A stretch of 64,000 nucleotides of DNA from an uncultured Candidatus Saccharibacteria bacterium (GTDB lineage: Bacteria; Patescibacteriota; Saccharimonadia; Saccharimonadales; Saccharimonadaceae), in NCBI GenBank assembly GCA_964485445.1, contig CAZAJJ010000006.1:3321-67320 (forward strand), read 5' to 3'. How positions within the stretch are numbered: position 1 is the stretch's first letter; each line of letters opens with the position of its first letter. A program made the position numbers and the translations under genes. The notes under the pieces are model-generated. The model was not told the origin of the DNA and ran no database searches. It saw nothing but the letters and a program-made list of their open reading frames with translations. This document shows, in pieces, positions 1 to 6,915 of the stretch.

Positions 1-498
1 GCCAACACGGCGGATAGCGGAAATACCAGTGTTGCCGTCGCCAGTTTCACCTTCGTTGATAATCTCAGTCATAAGGACGGCGTATTGACCACCAGCGGGG
101 ACGTCAGCGGGGACTGTAATAGTATAAGCAACTTCAACTTCGCTATTCGGCTCAACTTCGCCAGTGGATTGAGAGAACTTAATCCAGTCCTTAATGTCAG
201 TATATTGATTGGTGTCTTCGAAATTTTGGGTATATTTCTCATCGACGACGGAATACGGAGTCGCGGAAACACGGAATTTGAAAGGTTTTTTGCCGGTATT
301 TTGAACTTTCATAATACCTGAATGCGTCTCACCGGGTTTCAAGTCACCAACGTCGATACTAGCAGGTGAAACCTGCAAACGATAATCCGGAATTTCCTCG
401 TCCGCAGCAAATACGGGTTGAGCGCTGAAGAAAAATCCAGCCAGAGCGGTCAATAGGAATGCTCCAAAAATTTTACTGAGTTTTTGAACGATTTTCAT
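1..498 (-). CDS. Cell-surface protein with DUF916/DUF3324-like architecture (N-terminal part; gene continues past window start)
   Basis: Hand translation from ATG 498-496 (AGGAGG at 502-507) is open to base 1. Signal peptide, then a beta-rich domain ending VPAGGQYAVLM. Paralog of 51849-52793. Confidence 0.75.
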   Translation of the reverse strand, partial: MKIVQKLSKIFGAFLLTALAGFFFSAQPVFAADEEIPDYRLQVSPASIDVGDLKPGETHSGIMKVQNTGKKPFKFRVSATPYSVVDEKYTQNFEDTNQYTDIKDWIKFSQSTGEVEPNSEVEVAYTITVPADVPAGGQYAVLMTEIINEGETGDGNTGISAIRRVG

Positions 499-618
499 TT
501 ACCTCCTTATTTTTATTCATTATATAGCATGAGCAGGTAAAAAGCAAGATTCCAGGAAGGAAAACTTGAGTAGTTTTAAAAGGCTCAGGAGATAGGTAGC
601 CTATATTATAATATATAT

Positions 619-654
619 AAGAAAAATCCCACCCCTGCGAGAGGATGGGATTTT
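619..654 (-). terminator. Rho-independent terminator after the 677-1279 gene
   Basis: Stem aaaatccca/tgggatttt (623-631 / 646-654) followed by a U-run in minus sense. Confidence 0.7.
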
Positions 655-676
655 GTAGTTCGAAGTTGATTCGAAA

Positions 677-1279
677 TTAGTTATTGACCGTAGCGGTGAA
701 GACAACCGTAGCTTCATAGGTATCAGGAGTCTGAGTGCCATTAGCAGAAGCCTTGAATTTGAAGTTAGTCGTGTTAATGAAAGGATTAGTGTCCGCATCA
801 TCACCGGTGTTAGCGGCAGTCGTGAATTGCTTAACTTCAGTCAAGGTAGCAGGAACGGCAGCATAAGCGCTGTAAGTGCCAGCGGTTTCAGCGTCAGTAG
901 CGTAACCCCAAGCAGAAGTACCAGCAGCTGGAGTTCCAGCAGGAATGGTAGCACCAGTCTTAGCGCCTTTCATAGCAGTCTCACCGTTGAGGGCATTGAT
1001 GCCGAGACTGTAGGTTTGAGCTGAGTTAGAAGTAACTGTCACAGCAAGCGGATCAGTCATTTCAGTAGTCTCACTGTTAAGCGCCAATTTACCAAGATCA
1101 ACCTTACCGCCAGTAGCATCAACGCTAGTAGCGATTGAGATAGCACCTTCAACTTCAGTGGTAACGATAGCGCTGGCGCTACGGCTATACTCAGCCGCAT
1201 ACGTGCTCATTGGTAAAGCAGCCACACCGAGACCCGCTACTACACCGAGGACAGCGATAGTTTTTGCAATTTTAGACAT
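677..1279 (-). CDS. Secreted 200-aa surface protein, WxL-like beta-sandwich candidate (variant A)
   Basis: Signal peptide MSKIAKTIAVLGVVAGLGVAALPMSTYAA, GGAGAA SD, C-terminal TPDTYEATVVFTATV strand. Paralogs at 2464-3066 and 51250-51846. Followed by a DUF916-like gene, as at 51250-52793. Confidence 0.8.
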   Translation of the reverse strand: MSKIAKTIAVLGVVAGLGVAALPMSTYAAEYSRSASAIVTTEVEGAISIATSVDATGGKVDLGKLALNSETTEMTDPLAVTVTSNSAQTYSLGINALNGETAMKGAKTGATIPAGTPAAGTSAWGYATDAETAGTYSAYAAVPATLTEVKQFTTAANTGDDADTNPFINTTNFKFKASANGTQTPDTYEATVVFTATVNN

Positions 1280-1346
1280 TTTGTTCTCCTTTGTCTATTT
1301 ATTTTGATTTACTTTTTATTTATATGACCTTTGTAATTGTTATTAT
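1191..1346. repeat. Left arm of perfect 156-bp inverted repeat
   Basis: Reverse complement is identical base for base to 2397-2552. Covers 67 nt of 5' UTR, the SD and the first 29 codons + 2 nt of the surface-protein gene. Confidence 0.95.
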
Positions 1347-1370
1347 ATAGGACGCTTACGCTTAGGTCAA
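1342..1370 (-). promoter_or_regulatory. Consensus sigma70-type promoter assembled across the left IR junction
   Basis: Minus strand reads TTGACC (1370-1365), exactly 17 nt, then TATAAT (1347-1342). The -35 and first T of the -10 are outside the IR. The right junction reads CATAAT with no -35. Confidence 0.7.
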
Positions 1371-1498
1371 TATATTTTTCTGGCTTTTTTTGGGCATTTT
1401 TACAGAGTTTTCCACATATTGGGATTTGTGCGACATTTGAGTGAAGCGAGGCTCAGAGTTTTCCACGGTTCCAAATCTTTTTTGCATTTTCAGCTATT

Positions 1499-2356
1499 TT
1501 ACGCTTGATATTTAATTTCATAGAGGTCGCGCAGGTCGTAACCCTCGAGATCGCTGAGATATTTTTCTGTCACCCGCTCAGTAGAATGCCCGAGACCAGC
1601 CTGAATTTTCCGAGTCGAGACGCCGAGTTTTTTCAGGTCGGTGGCGTAGGAATGACGAAGATCGTGTGGGCAAAAGTTTGAAAATCCCGCTCGATTAAAT
1701 GCTGCTCGCATATAGGTTCGCAAGGTGCAGACCGCTAGCGGCACTTCGGGCTGTAACGGACTTGGCCAGAAATAGCCCTTAATCTCCTGCCTTTTTATCC
1801 AGTTCTCAAGTCGCCGCAGAGTTTCCGGCTGCAGATAAGCAAAGCGGCGTTTATTGCCTTTACCGATAATCGTCAGGCAATCTTCGTGTAGATTATTCTT
1901 GCGCAAATTTCTTAGTTCGCTAATCCTCAAACCGCAATCAAAACTAAGGCTAATTAACAGCCATTCAAGTTGATTAGCTTGTTCTAGTACGCACTGGATT
2001 TCCGTGCGAGTGAAGCAATTCTTCCGAGGTGGGCGTTCAGCGGACTTAACAATTAAGCCGAGCTGTAAATGCGGCATCGGTAGATTCATAGCTTGTTGCC
2101 AACGGAGCATGGCGCAGAGATGTGCGAGACGGACATTGACCGAACGCCCAGAATTCCCGCGAGCTTTTTGAACTTTAATCCAATGATAAATATGTTGATT
2201 ATTGATTTTTCGGAGATCAGTTAATCCAGTTTCAGAAATAAAATTATTCAGAATATAAGTCTTACTTTGGATGGTAGCCGGACTCATGCGTTTAACTGCC
2301 GTACAGAATTCCAAGTAATTCTGTAGTTGCAAGTAGATCTGATTTTTACGAATCAT
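1499..2356 (-). CDS. Tyrosine site-specific recombinase (XerC/D / phage-integrase family)
   Basis: Catalytic signature GLRISELRNL (R), GKGNKRR (K), HDLRHSYAT (HxxR), LGHS (H), EKYL (Y). AAGGAA SD. Lies between the IRs. Confidence 0.9.
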   Translation of the reverse strand: MIRKNQIYLQLQNYLEFCTAVKRMSPATIQSKTYILNNFISETGLTDLRKINNQHIYHWIKVQKARGNSGRSVNVRLAHLCAMLRWQQAMNLPMPHLQLGLIVKSAERPPRKNCFTRTEIQCVLEQANQLEWLLISLSFDCGLRISELRNLRKNNLHEDCLTIIGKGNKRRFAYLQPETLRRLENWIKRQEIKGYFWPSPLQPEVPLAVCTLRTYMRAAFNRAGFSNFCPHDLRHSYATDLKKLGVSTRKIQAGLGHSTERVTEKYLSDLEGYDLRDLYEIKYQA

Positions 2357-2396
2357 AGAGTTTCCTTATTATGTAATGATTGATATTTATTCCAAC

Positions 2397-2552
2397 ATAA
2401 TAACAATTACAAAGGTCATATAAATAAAAAGTAAATCAAAATAAATAGACAAAGGAGAACAAAATGTCTAAAATTGCAAAAACTATCGCTGTCCTCGGTG
2501 TAGTAGCGGGTCTCGGTGTGGCTGCTTTACCAATGAGCACGTATGCGGCTGA
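2397..2552. repeat. Right arm of perfect 156-bp inverted repeat
   Basis: Identical to the reverse complement of 1191-1346. Confidence 0.95.
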
Positions 2553-3066
2553 CTACTCTCGTAGTGCTAGTGCCATCGTGACGACTCAAGTCGAAGGCGC
2601 CATTTCGATTACAACTGATTCAACGACCGGTACAGTTGATCTCGGAAAACTCGCTCTTAACGGTGAGACTAAAGAAATGGATGCTCCATTGAAGGTTACG
2701 GTCACCTCTAATTCCCCACAAGCCTACACTTTGACTGCAAGCACCTTAGGCGAAGACAACGCGATGCTCGGAAAAGAGACTGGTGCAAAAATCAATGCTG
2801 GAACTCCAGCTGCTGGTACTTCTGCTTGGGGTTACAAGCACAATGGAACCGGTACTATGGCTGCTGCTTATAGTGCTGTTCCAGCTTCTACTTCTCCGGC
2901 TACGATTAAGGAATTCACTCCTGCTGAAGGCGCAACCGGTACTCAGAACGACGCAGTTGATTTCATGTTCAAGGCTTCTGCTAATGGCACTCAGACTCCT
3001 GATACCTATGAGGCAACCGTCGTTTTCACTGCGACTGTTAAGGATCCGAACGCCGCTGGCGACTAA
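2464..3066 (+). CDS. Secreted 200-aa surface protein, WxL-like candidate (variant B)
   Basis: First 29 aa identical to 677-1279. Central region diverged. C-terminal FKASANGTQTPDTYEATVVFTATV shared. Confidence 0.8.
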   Translation: MSKIAKTIAVLGVVAGLGVAALPMSTYAADYSRSASAIVTTQVEGAISITTDSTTGTVDLGKLALNGETKEMDAPLKVTVTSNSPQAYTLTASTLGEDNAMLGKETGAKINAGTPAAGTSAWGYKHNGTGTMAAAYSAVPASTSPATIKEFTPAEGATGTQNDAVDFMFKASANGTQTPDTYEATVVFTATVKDPNAAGD

Positions 3067-3093
3067 TTGGATAGAATTAGCAATTCGAACTAC

Positions 3094-3130
3094 AAAATCT
3101 TCCGCCCTCTCGCAGGGGTGGAAGATTTTT
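3094..3130 (+). terminator. Rho-independent terminator after variant B gene
   Basis: Stem aaaatcttcc/ggaagatttt (3094-3103 / 3120-3129) plus T-run. Related in sequence to the terminator at 619-654. Confidence 0.7.
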
Positions 3131-3133
3131 ATA

Positions 3134-3142
3134 TGGTATGAT
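3134..3142 (+). promoter_or_regulatory. Extended -10 (TGgTATGAT) 6 nt upstream of ATG 3149
   Basis: TG at 3134-3135, hexamer at 3137-3142, ATG at 3149. Leaderless-type spacing. Confidence 0.5.
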
Positions 3143-3148
3143 AGAGAT

Positions 3149-3520
3149 ATGGAAGAAAATAAAGAATTTTACACGACGAATCAAGTTTGTGAGATTTTGA
3201 ACGTGAAGAAAGCGTGGCTGAAGAAAGTCCTCAATCGAGGTTTAGTACGCGGAGTGAGGCGAGGCCGAAATCACTACCGGCTGATTAGCGCTGACCAGTT
3301 GGAGCTGGTTCGAACTTTGAAGTATTTAAGCCAGGGAGAAGGTTTTATGAAAGACCTCAAGACCTATGCTGATTTAGAACACAGAGGGAAGGCGGCGGAG
3401 GAAGTCAAGAAGGCTTTTCTGGAAACGAAGAAACGGCAGTTTTGGGAGGAATTGAAGAATTTGCAGGACGCGATTGACCATATTGAGCGAAAAATTGAGG
3501 TAATTGATAAAAATAGCTAA
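3149..3520 (+). CDS. MerR/excisionase-like helix-turn-helix protein with C-terminal coiled coil
   Basis: FYTTNQVCEILNVKKAWLKKVL...HYRLISADQLELVRTLKYL resembles a MerR-type HTH. The ORF-track N-terminal extension (from 2783) overlaps the upstream gene and is discounted. Confidence 0.6.
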   Translation: MEENKEFYTTNQVCEILNVKKAWLKKVLNRGLVRGVRRGRNHYRLISADQLELVRTLKYLSQGEGFMKDLKTYADLEHRGKAAEEVKKAFLETKKRQFWEELKNLQDAIDHIERKIEVIDKNS

Positions 3521-3526
3521 AATGGC

Positions 3527-3560
3527 AAACTGGGTACCGGGTACCCAGTTTGGTGTTTTT
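3527..3560 (+). terminator. Rho-independent terminator (palindrome aaactgggtaccgggtacccagttt + T-run)
   Basis: 11-bp stem and 3-nt loop, followed by ggtgttttt. Confidence 0.7.
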
Positions 3561-3579
3561 CTAACAGGGGTGGAGATTT

Positions 3580-3607
3580 GCAAAAGTGGGTACCGGGTAC
3601 CCACTTT
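3580..3607 (-). terminator. Possible terminator for uvrA (palindrome aaagtgggtaccgggtacccacttt)
   Basis: Sister hairpin of 3527-3551 with a compensatory c/g swap. Short U-run in minus sense. Confidence 0.4.
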
Positions 3608-3742
3608 GAGGTTTTGGGCGGATTCTGAGGCATGGTTTTTGCATTAAATTTAGGTCATAATTTTGAGCTGTTTTTGAGCCTTGAATTTGGGCTTCAATAG
3701 GCCTAGACAGAGCTTTTTGGCTCGCCATTTCGGGCTGAGGAT

Positions 3743-6742
3743 TTAGAGTCCGAGAATTTCTTTCAAATAGCGGCCGGTCGGAGTGTCGGAGCGGCGGGCG
3801 AGGTCTTCGGGAGTGCCCTCGGCGCAAACTTTTCCGCCATGCAAGCCGCCTTCAGGGCCCATGTCGATGACCCAGTCAGCAGTTTTGATGACGTGGAGAT
3901 TGTGCTCAATAATAATCATAGAATTACCACCATCGACCAGACGGCCGAGAATTTCGAGAAGGCGCTTAACATCGTCGGTATGGAGACCAGTAGTCGGCTC
4001 GTCAAGGATGTAGAGAGTCTTGCCGGTGCTGCGGCGCGAGAGTTCGGTGGCGAGTTTGATGCGCTGGGCTTCCCCGCCGGAGAAAGTCGTAGCGGGCTGG
4101 CCGAGTTTGATATAGCCAAGACCGACTTCTTGGAGAGTTTTGAGTTTGGGACTGATGGACGGAATGTTGGCAAAAAACTCAGCGGCTTCGTCGATCGTCA
4201 TGTCAAGGACTTCGGAAATATCTTTGCCTTTATATTTAATTTCGAGAGCTTCGCGATTGTAGCGCTTGCCGTGGCAGGTCGGGCAAGTAACATAGACGTC
4301 GGGAAGGAAGTGCATTTCGATTTTATTGACGCCGTCGCCTTGACAGGCTTCACAGCGGCCGCCTTTGATATTGAAACTGAAACGGCCGGCTTTGTAGCCG
4401 CGGACTTCGGCTTCGGGTTGGCGAGCAAAAAGTTCGCGGATTTGGTTGAAGACGCCGGTATAAGTTGCGGGGTTACTGCGAGGAGTGCGGCCGATTGGGG
4501 ATTGATCAATGACAATGCACTTGTCGAGATATTCGATGCCGTCGATACGTTCGTGGTTGCCAGCGACAGTTTGGGCGCGGTGAAGACGGGCCAGCAACTC
4601 GTTAGCCAAAATGCCATTGACTAAAGTGGATTTGCCACTGCCCGAGACCCCGGAAACAACCGTCATGACTCCGAGAGGAAAACGAACGTCGATATTCTGA
4701 AGGTTGTTTTCGCGCGCCCCCACAACTACGAGGGCTTGATCCTGCTTCGGTTTGCGGCGCTTTTTTGGGACAGGAATAGTCAATTTGCCGGAAAGATATT
4801 GGCCGGTGATGGAATTATCGTTTTTCGCAACTTCTTTAGGAGTGCCGGCAGCAATGAGGTGGCCACCGTTTTTGCCGGCGCCCGGGCCGATATCAATGAC
4901 ATAATCGGCAGCGCGCATGGTATCTTCGTCGTGTTCAACAACTAAAACCGTATTTTTCAGGTCGCGAAGATGTTTGAGCGTAGCGATGAGCTTATCATTG
5001 TCACGCTGGTGAAGGCCGATACTAGGCTCATCGAGAACGTAGAGCACACCTTGGAGGCCGGAGCCGATTTGAGTCGCAAGGCGAATACGCTGAGCTTCCC
5101 CACCAGACAAAGTATTCGCGGCGCGGCCAAGTTCGAGATAGCCCAGGCCGACATCTTGCATAAATTGGACACGTTCGCGAATTTCCTTGAGAATCGGTTC
5201 GGCAATCAGGGCTTCGCTGGCGGAAAAATGAAGATCGTTTTTCAGAACTTCGAGAGTCGCATCGACGTCGAGATTACACATATCGACAATGTTCAGACCA
5301 TGAATAGTCACGGCGAGCACGGCAGGCTTGAGGCGGGCGCCATGGCAGGTTTGGCACTCATGAACACGCATGAAACGCTCGATATCTTTCTTGACAAAAT
5401 CCGAATCGGATTCACGATGGCGACGCTCAAGGGTCGGAATGACGCCTTCGTAGGTCGATTGATAAGTGGCGCCGTTGCCCCATTTGCCATGACCACCGAC
5501 GGCGACTTCGTATTTTTGGTCGCCAGTACCATAAAGAATCTTCTCGATAGCTTCGTCGCTGAGTTCGCGAATCGGCGTATGGACCGAGAAGCCTTCCTTT
5601 TCGCCAACGGCGGCGAGGCGCTTGAGCCACCAAGATTCTTGGTTGATGCGATTGAACGGGCGAATGCCACCTTCAGCGATAGTCAGATTCGGGTTCAAAA
5701 CTAGGCTAGGATCAATTTCCATACGCGTGCCGAGGCCGGTGCAGGTCGGGCAGGCGCCCTGAGGAGCGTTGAAGCTGAACAGGCGCGGCTCGAGCTCAGG
5801 AATCAATTCGTCAGGATGGAGTTCGCAAGCATAGCGCTGCGAGAACGTGTAAATCGTAGTGGCTGATTCCGGTGAATCAATTTTGTCTCGGCCCGCGTCG
5901 ATGACGCCTGCCGTCGCAGGGTCATCGCGCTTAACCTCGGCCGAGCCTCCGGATGACCTCGCAAAATGATTCACCGAAGCAGCCGCTGCGATATTCTTCG
6001 ATTCGATGGTTTTAGTATTATCATTGATTTTTAACAGTTTAATGATGCCCTGACCGAGGTCGAGCGCTTGTTCAACTGAGCCGGAGATGCGGCTGAGCAG
6101 ATCAGGCGAAAGAATGAAGCGATCAACGACAAGTTCGATGTCGTGGCGGTCGTTTTTGTTCAACTCGGGGAACTCGTCAAGGTCATAAACCACGCCATCG
6201 ACGCGCACGCGCGAAAAGCCTTTGGCTTGGTATTGTTCGGAAATGTGTTGGAAACTACCCTTTTTCTGGGTGACGAGAGGCGCGAGGAGCATCAACTTGC
6301 TGCCGAGAGGTAATTTCATGACTTCATTGACAATATCTTCGACGCTGCGGCGAGAAACTTCGCGATGGCAAATCGGGCAATGCGGAACGCCGACCCGAGC
6401 AAAGAGCAGACGCAAATAATCATAAACTTCGGTCACCGTGGCAACGGTGGAACGAGGGTTGCGGCTGGTGGATTTTTGGTCGATGGAAATGGCAGGAGAG
6501 AGGCCAGTGATACTATCGACGTCAGGCTTGTCCATGACACCGAGAAACATGCGGGCGTAGCTGGAAAGACTTTCGACGTAGCGACGCTGACCTTCGGCGT
6601 AAATCGTGTCAAAAGCCAGGCTCGACTTGCCGCTACCAGACAGACCAGTGATAATCACAAGCTTATCCCGAGGAATATCAACGTCGAGATCTTTGAGATT
6701 GTGTTGCCGCGCGCCGCGGACTTTGATGAAATTGTCGTCCAT
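3743..6742 (-). CDS. uvrA: Excinuclease ABC subunit A (UvrA)
   Basis: Two ABC ATPase modules ([18 protein letters not shown]; LSGGE signatures) and CxxC zinc modules. ORF-track start 6781 is TTG. ATG 6742 ([17 protein letters not shown]) matches the UvrA N-terminus and lies 10 nt from a TATAAT. Confidence 0.95.
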   Translation of the reverse strand: MDDNFIKVRGARQHNLKDLDVDIPRDKLVIITGLSGSGKSSLAFDTIYAEGQRRYVESLSSYARMFLGVMDKPDVDSITGLSPAISIDQKSTSRNPRSTVATVTEVYDYLRLLFARVGVPHCPICHREVSRRSVEDIVNEVMKLPLGSKLMLLAPLVTQKKGSFQHISEQYQAKGFSRVRVDGVVYDLDEFPELNKNDRHDIELVVDRFILSPDLLSRISGSVEQALDLGQGIIKLLKINDNTKTIESKNIAAAASVNHFARSSGGSAEVKRDDPATAGVIDAGRDKIDSPESATTIYTFSQRYACELHPDELIPELEPRLFSFNAPQGACPTCTGLGTRMEIDPSLVLNPNLTIAEGGIRPFNRINQESWWLKRLAAVGEKEGFSVHTPIRELSDEAIEKILYGTGDQKYEVAVGGHGKWGNGATYQSTYEGVIPTLERRHRESDSDFVKKDIERFMRVHECQTCHGARLKPAVLAVTIHGLNIVDMCNLDVDATLEVLKNDLHFSASEALIAEPILKEIRERVQFMQDVGLGYLELGRAANTLSGGEAQRIRLATQIGSGLQGVLYVLDEPSIGLHQRDNDKLIATLKHLRDLKNTVLVVEHDEDTMRAADYVIDIGPGAGKNGGHLIAAGTPKEVAKNDNSITGQYLSGKLTIPVPKKRRKPKQDQALVVVGARENNLQNIDVRFPLGVMTVVSGVSGSGKSTLVNGILANELLARLHRAQTVAGNHERIDGIEYLDKCIVIDQSPIGRTPRSNPATYTGVFNQIRELFARQPEAEVRGYKAGRFSFNIKGGRCEACQGDGVNKIEMHFLPDVYVTCPTCHGKRYNREALEIKYKGKDISEVLDMTIDEAAEFFANIPSISPKLKTLQEVGLGYIKLGQPATTFSGGEAQRIKLATELSRRSTGKTLYILDEPTTGLHTDDVKRLLEILGRLVDGGNSMIIIEHNLHVIKTADWVIDMGPEGGLHGGKVCAEGTPEDLARRSDTPTGRYLKEILGL
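5895..5930. repeat. 36-nt hairpin-forming repeat inserted in frame in uvrA (copy 1)
   Basis: gcgtcgatgacgcctgccgtcgcagggtcatcgcgc. 30/36 identical to 35022-35057. Encodes RDDPATAGV within a ~45-aa segment absent from E. coli UvrA. Confidence 0.7.
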
Positions 6743-6752
6743 TAACTTGATT

Positions 6753-6781
6753 ATTATACCGCAAAAATCCCCCGGCTGCAA
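6753..6781 (-). promoter_or_regulatory. Proximal uvrA promoter (TTGCAG-N17-TATAAT)
   Basis: -35 at 6776-6781, -10 at 6753-6758, ATG at 6742. Confidence 0.5.
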
Positions 6782-6816
6782 GAGTTGAGGGATTATGAAA
6801 ATAACCCTATACTTCC

Positions 6817-6845
6817 ATTATAGCACACATGACTTAAAAAGTCAA
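6817..6845 (-). promoter_or_regulatory. Distal consensus promoter (TTGACT-N17-TGCTATAAT)
   Basis: -35 at 6840-6845, TGC at 6823-6825, -10 at 6817-6822, spacer exactly 17 nt. Confidence 0.7.
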
Positions 6846-6915
6846 TGGTTATTTTTGATTTTCGTCAAGACGACTATTACTACTGCTCATATTACCAAAG
6901 AATACAAATTTTAGG

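Larger units (their letters stand above)
1191..2552. mobile_element. Putative site-specific invertible DNA switch (IR - recombinase - IR)
   Basis: 156-bp perfect IRs flank a 1050-bp unique core encoding a tyrosine recombinase. The -35 box for the left gene lies in the unique core. Confidence 0.6.

Noticed and set aside
2783-3148. N-terminal extension of the MerR-like ORF (the ORF track starts it at 2783).
   Set aside because: The extension overlaps the variant B surface gene and its terminator. The ATG at 3149 has its own -10 box and begins the HTH domain.
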